From Klebsormidium nitens (Eukaryota; Plantae; Klebsormidiophyceae): DNA of 64,000 nt. The notes beneath the pieces were generated by a model, which searched no databases, was not told the origin of the DNA, and saw only the letters and a list, made by a program, of their open reading frames with translations. Positions 1-12,962 of this stretch are shown here, piece by piece. The stretch spans positions 191,511-255,510 of the forward strand of contig DF237010.1 of assembly GCA_000708835.1 (NCBI GenBank). The letters are read 5' to 3'. The translations under genes were made by a program, and so were the position numbers. Each line of letters opens with the position of its first letter. Position 1 is the first letter of the stretch.

Positions 1-936
1 CCTCGTGCCAATTCAAATTTCAACGACGATCCGGTCCTTGCAAAAGTGAGTATATAGTACGCCCGGCCGGCCCACTGAGCCATCATGTCAGTGTGCGCAT
101 GCAGCACACTGACGCGCTCGAACCTGGAATCAAAATTTCAGTCCTGTCGTGAATCGGCCATGTCGATTGAACATGGTTAGGAACATGCATAATAGCTAGA
201 TACGCCGCCCGCGCGCGCGCGCTGGCAGGCTGGTGCATTGCTCAGCTAGTGCGGGACGTGATCAAACGCATATGTAGCGCGCATATGAGCATGATTGTCA
301 TTTCTAGCTAGCAATTTCATATTGCCGCGGCGGCGCGAGGCCGTGATTGAGTCGAGGCTAGCTTCTTGATCGCAAGATTATAACATGCTAGTACCGGCAG
401 CGCGCGCGCCGCCGCCGGTAGCTAGCCTGTGCGCATGCATGCAAGCATGGCCATGGATCATTCGCTCCCCTGGGCCCCGGCATGGCTATGCCGCCGCTTG
501 TACGTTGAAGTCATTTCAATTGAATGCCAAATTAAGGAATCATGACCGTCTCGGAACGACGGTGCATGTATGTATGACGGCCGCGGTGTGTGCCTACTAG
601 CTGCATATATGTAACAGCAGCGTGACGTTTGACGGCAAGGATTGAATAGTGATCCCGGACCCCGGGTCTGCTAGATATGCCGACACGAGCAAGCACCTAG
701 CAAATAAACGATATACTGTACGCAATACAAGAAAGCTCGGGATTGCGGGGCGCCAAAGTGACCCGGTGCATGATCTGATCCCGCAGTGAACAGCAGTTGA
801 TATCACACGCAAACCGAATGCTGATTGACTGGTAAGTGCTCAATTCTATGTTTGTAAAACAAGGATCGAGTTTGACGAATTGCGCCTCAAACTACTCAAC
901 TAGTAGCTGAAGTTCGTGACAGCTTCACCAACATCA

Positions 937-3900
937 TTACGGCTGGTTTCTTGGATTATCAATCAAAGGTTTCCGAGCCCGACGGGCAAGCCTTTCGTTG
1001 AGCATAGCTTCCAGCTCACTGCCAAACTCAGGGTCCCAACGACTTATTAAAGCTGGGTCCTCGGCAAACATCACGTAAATAGTCGTGACCCCGGCTTCGA
1101 TAACGGCAGTCACGAGGCCGATCTGCAAAAGGAAGGTGCAGCGCTTAGCAACTTTTTTACGCTGTCCTCAAGTCGAAAGCGCTCTCCCAGGAGGCTTGTG
1201 TACCCAAACACTGATCTTCGTCGACGCGGGAGGCGTAAGCGGGATGTCCGCCTCTGGCAATCCAACGGGGCAGAAGACGAGGGCACCCTCCGAATGGGAG
1301 CGGAATGGAAACCACAGCTTGAAGACCTCAAGCACGCCGATTCACTGCTGTTCTTCACCTCGATAGGCGGTTTTAGGATTGCCAAAAGAGGTTCATTACA
1401 TATTTAGCACGTCCCACCGCCGGGCTCAAGGTCGCTCAAGCATGCCTGGCCAACGCTTAGGGCTATTCTGCACCAGCAAAGAAACCTGCTGAACGAAACG
1501 CGGTGCCGCTTGTCAACGTAAAATTCTTACGAAACTCTCTTTCTCGTCTCACAATCAAGCAGACTTTGGAGCAAGACGACGTCTCCATGAAGTTTGCTTG
1601 ATGACACGGATCCGAGGCCAACGTGCGCTGCATCGCATTCTCCATCGACCAGACTCCAGCGCACTTCAAGCACGTACAGAATGCAAAGCACGTCAAGCAC
1701 GAAGCACGCATGGCAATAGCAAATTCCGATCCCTTTCGAGCCTTTCCCTCACCAGCATCATGCTGAGCAGCGCTCCCGTGACGGCCACGGGGACCGTCCG
1801 ATCCTCCTGCGTATAGTGCACCCACGTGCCCACAACCGTCCCGGTGATCAGTCCCCCGAGCGCGACGCTCAGCAGTAACACCGCCCCCGACAGGTCCTGC
1901 GCCACCAGGGCCTCGACTCCGGTCTGGTGTCAAGGGAAGGAGGAGAACCGTTAGCACTGCGACGGAACCGCGGGGTGAAGAGATCAGACCTGCGCCTGCA
2001 CTGAGCGTCAGGTTTACGTGCTGACTGCACAATAAGTCACGGAAACGTTGAGTAGTTTTCATGCAAGCAAATAAGTACACGGCGTCGGGTGTCTCTTTCA
2101 GCGACGAGACACGGCTCTTCGACTTGCCAAGGAGCAAAAACTTAGTATTATTTTATGTTTTTTGAATTGTTGAAACCCAAAACTTATTGCGGCGAAAGCG
2201 GAGGTGACGTAGCAGCGTGTTGTGATTGGTGCAAAGGATGTCAAGCAGGGATCTCCTACTCTTCAAACACGTCGAAGCCATTCCACGATTATGTGAGAGG
2301 ACGGTTTGAGCGGGTTCTCAAAGGTCGTTAGCTAGAGAATCCGCAGCCAGAGGTGTCAGGGCGTGAGAAAGCGCCGCTCGTTAAGCCGCGAAGCTCAAAG
2401 TTGGGTAGACCCAGTGACTCCGGCGCAAGACGTCCTCAAAGAGTGGAGAGAAAATTGATGATCCACCGAGGAGTGCGGGGCTCACCAGCTGGAACCGCTC
2501 CCACGCATCTGTCGATGCCCGGTTGAAACCCTTCCCACCAATCGCCATCTGCACGAAAATGAAAGGGCTGTCAAACAAGAGCAGACGGCCAGGTTCTGAA
2601 AGAATGAAAAAAGCAACTCGGATGGCACTCGCATCGCCAAAACTATGAGGACGTAGGACGGCATAAATGCTACTGACAGGACAATGTTTGTGTGCGCTAC
2701 TTTACGCGCTACTTGATAGAAGCCGGTGACTCAGTGGTGCCCAAATGTTTGAGCTTCTGAGGCGATTTCGATAGCCCCAATCCTTCTGGGAAGCTCTGCT
2801 AACCAGTCCATTCCGAGCGGAGGCAACCATCAGACTCCACGAGTAGAGCGTTTGACTGTTCAATCAAACGTGCGGAACGCCAAAACGCTGGGCACAATCC
2901 CGGACCGTTCTTGTGAATTTTCAGCAACCATACTACCGAGCTCGGCCGCGGAATCTAAGTTGTGCTGACGGACGAAAGCCATGCGCCGTTCTTGTGGTTC
3001 TCCAGCAATCGTAGTTCCGAGCGCGGCCGCGAGAAAACGAACGGGCTGACGGACAAGAATCATGCGCGCGCACTCACGTGGACGTACGCGTACTTGTTGA
3101 AGATGCGCACGAAGCCTTCCAAGAGGCCCAGGTAGCAGTCCAGGCAGCACAGCATGCACTCGTTGGAGCGCATGCGGCCGCGCAACCCCCGGGCCTGCAC
3201 GGACGGTCCGGGATTGTGAGTTGGGCGACGAAAGCAAAAGTGATTTACTTGGAAGCTGTTTTACCGGCAAAGCGGGACTCGTTGGAGCGCATCCGGCCAC
3301 GCAGCCCGCGGGCCTGTACGGACGATTCAACAACTTATCAGCCGGATAAGCTTGTGAAAGGTTCGTTCACCTCAGAACTGATTTCGCCTCTGCAAATACA
3401 GCGAATCAGGGTGAAAGCGGAGGGTGACGGTTTATCTCGTACGGTATTACACGTTATCTGTCCGGATTCGGTGGTCTCGGTGCTATGGGCGTTACATCGA
3501 AATAAATGGTGTGGGTCTGGTGAAACGTAAAGCATAAATGACGAGGTTCCGCCAAGAGATCGATGAAGGGGAATGAGCGACAAAGAACAGCGTCTAAAAG
3601 TCCACAATGAGAAACTCGGGCAACAAGCCATGCTGCATGCCAATGGATGAGCGACCCCAACACAGTTCAGCCAGATCGATTGCTGGGAGAGCCTCGAGAG
3701 CTGTTTGCATTGCTAGATCCTCCATTCTTCAATCCAGGCTCTGGTTTGATCCTGAATGCACACCCGAAGACTGCTCCTCTCTGCTAACTCCAATAAGGTA
3801 ATCTTGAAAAATGTCTCACCAGCCACCGAAGCGTCCTCACGGGCGGGCTCAAGAGCGACCCAAAACAGACGCTTCCAAATGAGCTGGTCAGCGCCACTAC

Positions 3901-6900
3901 CAGGCCCCGCGAGCTGCGGTGTTCCGGCGGCTGGCCCTCCCCCCCTGCCAGGAACCACTGCGCAAACGCGCAGGCTGCTGCCACGTGGACGACGTTGTGC
4001 GCCACGACGGCGGTCCACAGGAGACTCACCGACAGCAAAAACAGCTTGGCCCACTGCGAGGAAGGAAGTGGAAACACATTTGAACGGCCAAGTCTAGATG
4101 TAATATTGCCACCTGGTTATAGAAGAAACCAAAACGAACGATGTCCAGATGTTTGTGAAAGTGCCGTCCCGGATGCCTTTTTCAATTGCCTACGTCATTC
4201 GCACTTTGCAGGTGACGTCAAGTCCCGATGCCCAAACAAAATCTTCTGCAGGTCCTCATCGAGCGTGTCTAGCTGCTATGTTTGGGATGCGATAAGGGGT
4301 GCGACCTTCTCAAGCGGTGAACGAAAGACTTGTTACCAGTCGGATATTTTGAGCAGAACGCACGACAGAATCCTGCTCAAAGTACGCATGGTCATAGTCC
4401 ACGCCAGCCCAGCATCGACAAATACATGACCTGTAGCTGGCGAAAAGCGTGTTGTTACGAACTTCAACAGTCAAGCAGAGTTCCCTGAGCGACCTCTCAT
4501 TCCAAGGCCGAACTCGAAATGACAAACCAAAGTTAGCCGCATCAAAGGGAAGCCTGAGCAGCTGCGAAAGCATACGTGGTGAAACGTCACTTGCATCAGC
4601 ACTTGCACCACATGGGAGACGCGAACAGCGGCCCTCCAAGCTGTGCGCAACTTGCTCATTGAAGTTGAACGTTCAAGTCACGAGAAGGCGACATTGACGT
4701 ACCCGGTGTTTCTCGGACGAAAGTGCGATGGTCCCTGCGGCACCGAACGTCCAAAGCGCCAGCCACGCCAGCGAAACGACGCCGACTAGGAACGCGACGT
4801 ATAGTGTGGACGGGAAATCGCCCACCAGGTCCACCGCTTTTTGGATGACGAGAGCAGTAAAGGGCAGCCTGTCGGTACAGGAGTGCGCAATCTTGGATGT
4901 CAGTATCAGGGGGTGATTCGAACAAGAACCTCTTAAGAATCGACTCCGCTAAGCTGATTCCGGGGTCTAGTATCGAGACTCTTGCGAAACATCCTTCGTT
5001 CCCGTGCTTGAGCTCAGTAAGTGACTAACCAATTAAAGGCCAGCGAAGATCTGAAAGGTCTAACGTTCTCGGTTCGACCAGTGACATATCCGGGGCACCC
5101 ATGCTCCACATTGCTCCTGCGTAAGACCGCAATACGCCGGTTCAAGTAGTCGGCCTGAGTTGCAAAAGTGTATCGCAAAAATGGTTAGACACAGGCCAAG
5201 CCTTCTTACCACCAGCTTCCCTACTGTCCAATTTCGACAGGAGCAAACTCACACCAGGCTGGATGTTTCACAGGGAAGGAGGGCATCCAAACTATTCGGT
5301 CTTGCAACATAGCCATACCGAAAAAGTACCTCGCCCGCTTCTGTATCATCAATACCCCTCACCTGTCTGTGACCGTAAAGGAGAAGACAAAAGCGACCGC
5401 CGCCCCCGCCGCAAACCCGATTCCCCACAGGGGGCTGTGGTTCCAAAAGAGGAGTACGCTGAGAACAGCCCCAAACGTGCTGACGGAGTGGACTGACATC
5501 TTGATCATGTCAGCGGAGCACCGCCGGAAGAGCCACAGCCAGGCCCAGGTCAGCACGATGCCGAGCCCGGCCGCACCTCCGTACTGCAAAGAGCGGATGG
5601 TGGGGGTTTCAGAAGTTGATGGGTGCGTTTGGCCGCTCAAGCGTTCTAAACCTGGTAAATTGGGGTAACAGAATATGATGGAACTTAAGGGAAGGACAAA
5701 AGTGCCAAGACAATGCAGGAAGTAAGGAGAATCGTCATGGATCAATGTTTAAACCAAGAACATGACCTGTTTCCTGGCAATTTCTTCCAGAATTCAGGTG
5801 GCAATGTTGCAAGCTCACAGGGGAACCCCACAAGATGTTGCTGTGAACACTGACCCACTTCCTAGTCGGACAAACCCTGCTGCCATAGAAGTACGTGACA
5901 ATCCAATTCAGGACTGAAAACCCCTCTAGTAAGCCAGCCTTGAACGGAGAATATGGAGGCCAGAGAACATTGCGGGCTCATAGGTCAAAATGCAGCGTTG
6001 CAGGCAGCGCCCAAAGCTAATAGACCCAGTTGTCCTCACCAGCTTCCTCACTGGCTTTCAGGCAGCTTTCTTCCATTGCCTTTCATTGGGGCGCTAACGT
6101 TCTTCAGATGTTTCAAACCTCCAGTGCAATCAAAGCAAACGTTACTAAGTGTCGGCTTTCTGACAGCAGCTAAAAAGGCGTCCTACCTGCGGCCAGTAGG
6201 TGGTTGTCTGGGAATGTCGATCTGGCCCGTCGAACCTCATTTTGCCCCACACAACGAGCGCCCATCCTATCAGGCCAAGATGCCCCAGAAACAGACCCGC
6301 CCACAAAACGTCCCGGAACGGCCGCTTTGCATCCCCCCCCGCCAACGTCAACTCGGGGCGTGTCGCATTGCTCGCACGATGGGGGAGCGCCCGGGGGCTT
6401 AGAGGAACCTCCTGAAAACACAGTGGGGACCATTTTGACATGACTTTCTCCAAAGGTTTCGAAAGGAGACTGTTAGATTGGGGCCTCTTGGCTGCCTAAG
6501 CACGGAAGATGTGTGCGGGCGCTTGGGGGCTGCTCTTGAAGGGTTGTAAGCTGACAAAATTTTCTGAATCTTGCCAGAACAAGTTGAAAAGTTGTTCATT
6601 TTTTTTGACGAAATGCAACTTTAACCCTCCAGTTGAGTTTGTTGGCTTTTCCTGAATTATGGCACTCATGTCAATTGCTTCCACCCAAATGATATCTCAG
6701 TGCCAAAAGTATATCAGGGAAATTCGCATCTTTGTCGCGCAAACAAGAGCCTGCGCAAATAAGAACAGCTTTGAGAGCTAGCAACACTGCCAAGATCACT
6801 CATATCCAACATTGCTGGTTTGCATTCTTGGTTCTCCTCCTGCCACCACTGATCCACTTAACAGAATTTCGCATCTTACGGAAAGGATTGCGCACTGCTT

Positions 6901-7026
6901 GACCACCAGCGCAGGGCTCACCTCGGAATCAAAAGCAGCGGCTGGGGCTGTGCCCGCATGTCCTGTCTCGGCGTCATCAGAGAAGTTTGAATTGTAAGGA
7001 GTGGCAAAAGGCGTGGGCAGAGACAT
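937..7026 (-). CDS. Choline transporter-like (CTL/SLC44/PNS1, plasma-membrane choline transporter family) protein, about 495 aa, 9 exons
   Basis: Manually spliced GT-AG exons 7026-6922, 6411-6187, 5583-5363, 4868-4703, 4053-3820, 3194-3078, 2548-2486, 1923-1753, 1122-937 keep one frame (1488 nt). Family motifs: SFGSVCFGSLL, CCLDCYLGLLEGFVRIFNKYAYVH-MAIGGKGFNRASTDAW, TGVEALVAQDLSGAVLL, AVIEAGVTTIYVMFAEDPALISRWD, plus many TM segments. Resembles the plant At5g13760-type clade (from recall). Confidence 0.9.
3158..3330 (-). repeat. Direct duplication (about 50 bp, 119-bp offset) of a CTL 3' splice site plus exon head
   Basis: actcgttggagcgcatgcggccgcgcaacccccgggcctgcacggacg (real exon 6 start, 3194) versus actcgttggagcgcatccggccacgcagcccgcgggcctgtacggacg (intronic copy, 3313). 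Confidence 0.85.
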
Positions 7027-8247
7027 CGTTTGTCTGCTCAAAAGGGCTTTGGAGAATCTGCTGTGCCCCAAAAGTGCTAGTTAGGCGCAGCAAAGCCCCA
7101 GCGCATTTTGAAGATTGGTGGTGGTGCTTTTCCCAAAGGAAACCCACCGCTAACCAAGAACGGTTAGTCTTTGGTTGCCTGCCGTTCTACCAGATGAGTA
7201 CACTTTGCATGTGGTTAGGTGCCCTCAGCAGCTACCAGCTAGGATCCACCGCCAGTAATGCCCCATTCAATTCCATTCTCTATGGTCCTGCAGTGCGAGC
7301 AGCCAAGAAAGCAGCGAATCAGCTCCGGCGACAGCTTGTCCCTTGCTTTCTAACCCTGCTGCTCCCCTGCTGTGGCTGCGTGACCGTACCTTTACAAAAA
7401 CCAGAACGGCAAAACTTCTCAACCGAAAGAAACCATAGCTCCAGCTGAAGCTTGAAGTTGAAGTAAAGACGCATTCCTTTATCTTCCCAAATCTTTCATT
7501 CTACCTACTTCATGAATCCTGGTGCTTGAAAGACAGCACACTCAGAGGTTGAAGGTACCTAGCTGGCTGCTGTAGTCACAAATCTGGTCATCGTCATGGC
7601 GTACCTACACAGTGCCCTAGGTACCTAAACCGTCCTTCAAAGAAGTTTGCTACTTCAACTTTAAGTTTCAATCGATTCACAACAGATGAAATTGAATGCA
7701 ATTGCTTTGGCAAGTTCGAGTCCAGCCGGGGTCAGGCCGTACACTGCAGAGTCGGTGACCAGTCACCGGTCGGTGGCGTAGGCTGTCCAGTGTCCGGCGC
7801 TGAGGTACAATGTACGCCCGGATTGAGTCCCCCGACTGACCAAGGCCTAGAGTGGACAGGCTGGCATGTTGGGCCGTACATAGGACGTCATGTCGGCCAA
7901 CCGGGCACCTTCCGATCTGACCTCAGTCAGCTGTCAGATGGCTGGGTCATCCTGGCCGTTACAGGTAGAAAGTCAAAGTGCATCGGACGGTTCGAGAGCC
8001 ACTGTTATGTAATGTCAGCATGCTCGTCGGCGCATCTTGAATGAAATCATGTAACCGCTATCTGTGCGCGCGCAGACAGTCGACTCGATCTGGACTCTCG
8101 ACCCCTGCAAGCCAACTTCAAGTTCAAGAGTTGACAAGGGGATGCCAAAACTTGCTGGCAAAAGGGGAGCCTTTCAACTTTGAAAAGAGGAAGCCAGGCT
8201 GGGTCTTTGTGGCAACTCCCTCGAGCTGATTCCTTGCACGCATCGCA

Positions 8248-11200
8248 ATGGTCAGTCTGATCTGCCTGCTGGATAATCACGGGACGCCCTTGCTGACGAG
8301 ACATTATGATAACGGAACTGAGGCGCCATCGTTTCCAACTCTCGCCCTGCTGAGCACTGTAAGCCGAGAGCCCACATTTCTGTACATCTGCGGTTAAATG
8401 AGAATTGCAGAGGAACTTTGGTGCACTTCGGGGCTGAGCCCTTACATACGTGCGCTTCGTAAAGTGGCCATAAAGCAGCCCCGGGCGTTCTGCCATCAAG
8501 GGGTGGTGCTCTTTGAATATCACTCGGAAGCTTCTCATTGGCTTAAAGTTCACATGGGCAGCTCCCAGATGACCTGACACTTGCTTAAGAACTGATAGCT
8601 TGGGGAGATGAGCCAAGCTTTAAATGCATATCATATCTGTTTCCAGGTTGTCAAGTACAGCGAGCATGGCGGATACCAGCTCGATCAATTTGCCTCAGAT
8701 AACATGCGGGTTGTGTTCAGGAGGTACGTGCACCACTGACACGAGCTCCCTGCACAAACTGCTTCGATGATAAGGTTGAGAATGTCTAAATGGAAGCCGT
8801 AGTAAAGATCGACAACCAGCTCAGTAATGGGGCCCATTATCCAAGACACGAGTGCCCGGACCCACAGTTGTGTAAATTGCTTTCAAAGTAATGACACTCA
8901 GGTGTACATCGAAATGGACGCCACTGTTCACAAGATCTGACCCAATTGCAATGTGGCCACCACCCTTCTCCTTCTTTGTTAATCGAGATCAGACAAACCC
9001 CCCGACGGGTCTATTTCAAAGTGACATCTCAATCAGCTGGACATGGCCTGTAGAAACACCAGACTCTGGCGCAAGAAGATATTGCCTCAGTAATAATCGA
9101 CTTTCTGACTCCTGCTTTTTGTGCACAGCTTTCCAGAGGGCCTTCTCCTGGTGGCAATGACGGGAGACCTGGCAACGCCGGAAAGCGCACTGGGCAGGAT
9201 GCTACAAAGAATACACGATGCGGTATGTGCTAGACTAGTTTCCCCCAACCTGTCAATGCTGAACATCTGGTACGTTGCAGGAATGTCAATTGATTACTCA
9301 TATTATTGAACAGGAGATGGGGGGCGACAGGTGCTCTTGATTGATGCAGGGGACTTTAGGAAACAAACTTAGGGATCATTGATTGTTACTTTCGCGTGTG
9401 CGCAGATAGTGATGGTCCTGGGGGCGAGCACGCTAAGTGGAAGCACGGACGCTCTGAAGCGCCAGCTCAAGGTGCACTCTCCCACCCTGTTTGCAAGAAG
9501 GCGGCGGCGTGCTGTGCCGCTGGCCACTTTGTGGCCGATGTACCTAGAGCTTGTGTCGTGACTCAGGCACTTGCAACTTTTCCATAAAACTACACAAAAA
9601 GTTAGATTTGTCACTGAGGTTCCACTAACTCTGAAAGTTTCTTCATATGCGGTGAGCCAGATCTAAGATGAGAGCGTCAAGAAATGGTTAAGTATGATAA
9701 GGCTGCATGCCTTCGATGCTGCTGCCTGAACAATTCTCTCGTCCACCCTTCCCAGAGTGTCGTCCCCCTGGTTGACCGCTTGGCGGGCAGAGCTGGGGCG
9801 GCCGACTCCGGAGTGGACATGGTTGAGGTGCAGATTCGCCTGCTTAGTTGCTGTCTTATCTGCACCCATCGAGCTTCCATCCTCCTGCTGCTGAAGAGCC
9901 GTGCTTTCCATGGGACGATCAGACCTCAGATGTGTAGATTTGCTGCAAATACGCCTCGGGTCATGCCGTTTTCCCGGCCAGAAATGACATTTGGACGTCT
10001 GCTTTTGGGTCCCGCAGATCCTGCCCCTGTCCTCTACTGAGCGCGCCGACCTGCGAGCTGGCGCGTCCTCATTGGCCGCAGCTGCCCACGTGGACCACGT
10101 GGCAGTGACTCTGGGCGGCCGCTTCGTGGCCGGAACTCCTGACTGGTGGGCGCTAGACCCGGGGGGGGTGCTACTGATTCAGCAGCTACTAGCGACGCAG
10201 CCGCCGGCGCTGATGAGAGACGTGCCGCTATTCCTGCCTAAGACGAGCCCCGAGGTGAGTGAAGCAGTCTGGCCTGGCGATCGGTTCCAATGACTTTCTG
10301 AGTGAGGGATAGTTGTTAAAAAAGGAAGATCTGTTCAAACAGGAAAGGTTTCGCGAGTGCAGATGAAGTATATTCTTAAGCCCATGTTCCTCGGCCCTGC
10401 TAATGCCGTGAAAAAGAGGTGCCCTTTTACAAGTTTAAGCCTGCACCTCCTCAATGCAGTAGCAGATATTGCATCACAGTGGTGAGCGGGAGAGAACGCC
10501 CATCTCTAAGACCGAGTTATCGCGCCAAGTGCTGTTCTCCTCATCTGAAGCTGACGTATGTTTTTAGGTCGCGTTCCGCCTCCTTACTTGCCGACTGACG
10601 GCGGAAGCGGAAGTTCTCCTTCTAGGGGGGCCAGAGCTAGAGCTGACCAAGCTGGCCGTGGTAAGTGACGTCAGACGCTTCTTAAGCGGGAAGACACACC
10701 GTTTTAGCCGGCACTTATCCTTTCTAAAGTATTTGCGCTGACAAAGATCATTTGGACCGCCAGTGTGGAAGAAGCTACCCAACAGCCGTTCACTGATGTT
10801 CACTCTTGTCCGCTTGCAACGTCTTCGATCATTACTCCCTTCCCTCCGGCTAGCAAACATTGTTGATCCCTACACGGCCGGAACCCCCCGGACACAGGAA
10901 CGAGTTTGGCTCATACTGGCCCATGAATCAGCAGGATGAGATATTTTAGATGGTCATTGTATCAGCTCATTGGCTGCTTTCAATATGTTCGGCTTTGGGG
11001 TCAAAACACGCGCAAGGGGTAACAAAGAACCAGAAAACGCGATCTCCGATTCTACCCGCTCCGTACCCTAACCCACGCTGAATTCCCTAAGTTACCCCAC
11101 CCGTCTCAGGCGGGTGAGCTTCCTGTTCCCAAGGTTTATGACTCCTATAACTCAGAAAGAATCTGTTCTTGCAGCTCGCGAAGGCCGCCTTCCAGGCCAC

Positions 11201-12962
11201 AGCCGCTTCCTTGTACGCGTGCGCCACCCACCTGCCACGTGGCTGCACGTCGTCCGTCGCCTTCCCCGACGAGATGCTGATGTGAGTCGTCAGATAAGAC
11301 GCCCCTCTTATTGCCTTATCCTTCTAAACACATAACTCTATGCTGAAGACATAACTTCACGTTTTGTGTTCTCTAGATTGCCAAAGGTCTGCGGCTTTGC
11401 GGATTTGCCCATTCGCTTGTTTCTCGCCCAATCGGTTGGTCCTCGGTCTCCTTCCGCCTCTAGAACTGTACTCCCTGATTAAGTCAGCCTGACGAGGGGC
11501 TCTAAGTTTGTCAACCATTTCCATGTAATTCCCGACCAATCAAGCTGCGGAGACCTTCTTATCAAGCTTTCGCTTCTAGCTTTGGCGGGACACTTTTTCC
11601 GTTCTTCGCATGTGGCTTATAACTAATCAGTGTTCTTGCTTCCCGCTCCGCAGTTTCGTGTGCATCCGTTCCGACGTCCAACAAGCGTTCCGCTATTGCC
11701 CGCCTCTGCCGCCGGAACCGTCCGCAACGGACGATCAAAGCAGAGCTGCAACGAACTTGCAGAAGGTAAAAGCGTCTCAAGTCCGGCGCATTTCTTGAGT
11801 CGCTTTTGGAGGGAAGCCGGTGGGTCGAGCCACTGACCAGCAATGGCTTCTGATTGTTGAACGCACGTGTTATTTTTTATTCCAAGCCGTTTCAACAGCA
11901 GATACAAGCCCATCTGTGCCACACTAAGCCGCATAGCAACGTAAAGTGAATATGAAGCCAAGCATAAGGACCGAAGGCCTGTCGGTCGGCCCTAAACCTG
12001 ACCTTCATCGAGTCTCTGCTGCGCAGTTCATGTACCACGTAGAAGCCCTCGTCGAACAGCACGCTCGAGACCAGCCGCCGGTGGAAAGCGGAACGCGAAC
12101 TGAATTGAGCGACGTGGTGCTACGGGAGGAGGTGAGCAGCGGCGGCCGGCGCTTCCGTCACTCTATTTGTTTTCCGCTTCTTGTTCCGGTTTCGTCTTGG
12201 ACCGGAACGGGAAAAAACCAAGGCTGCGGCGTATGAATCGCACATGCTGCCTCATGCGTGTTTTCTCGAAGTTTTCTCATGTAGGCGACAGGTTGCTCTG
12301 AGAGGGAAAATTGTGTCACTTGACCGATCCAAGGCACTACGGTGGGCTGGCCTATGGAAACGTTTCTTGCGGGATCCCCCTCGATGCCACCCAATCTGCG
12401 AGGACCTGCTTCCCGGAAACTTTAAGTTTCAGCGATTTGATCATTCACATGACGAACCGTGTCTTCTTAAAGAATAATGAAGCATTCCCAGCTCAACGGA
12501 GTGTACTCAATCTGCAGGACCGATGCTACGTGGCGGTCAACAGCGGCAACCATACACTGTTTGCGGCTCTGAAGGAAGAGGTGAGAAATTTGGATCTTTG
12601 CTGTCCCTTTGCTTCAATCTTATTTTGTATGGTCAAGCAGGCACTTCATAAGCACTACGTCGTGCAGTGAGATGCCCCAACGTGCGTCAATGAGATCCAA
12701 TATGACAAGTAAGTCGACATTTGACCTTCAACACTCTGGCTCGTTTCTTCTTTCCGTCTGCGTTGGCGCCTGAACTTACTTCGACGGTGATCGCGGGTGT
12801 TTTTCCCTAGAACCGTCCATTCGGCAGTCTGCTTAGCCGTGCCGCTTCAAAAACAATATTACCGAAGTTTCCCTCTTTAAACTGCAGGTCCCCTCGTATG
12901 CTGCAACCGCGATCGCCAGAGCTGCGCTGCAAGCCGTTCAGTCTCTGGCCGGCTACACGTAG
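8248..12962 (+). CDS. FUZ: Fuzzy (tri-longin CPLANE / planar cell polarity effector) homolog, about 403 aa, 12 exons
   Basis: GT-AG exons 8248-8358, 8647-8723, 9129-9222, 9406-9471, 9756-9827, 10018-10254, 10568-10660, 11175-11281, 11654-11765, 12027-12131, 12518-12580, 12888-12962 join in frame (1212 nt). Motifs match animal Fuzzy as recalled: LICL..N.GTPLLTR (vs LLCL..SSGVPLFCR), SFPEGLLLV..LGRMLQRI.DAIVMVLG..LKRQLK (vs SFHDSITLI..LERLLQMV.GAMVLLVG..LKKDLR), GRFVAGTPDWWAL (vs GRVVAATEGWWRL), PPALMRDVPLFLPKTSPEVAFRLLT (vs PPQTARDYPVYLPHGSPTVPHRLLT). Confidence 0.85.

Noticed and set aside
7708-7735. gcaagttcgagtccagccggggtca, like a tRNA B box plus 3' end
   Set aside because: No A box or 5' half at the right spacing, and the T-stem pairs poorly. 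Too short to call.
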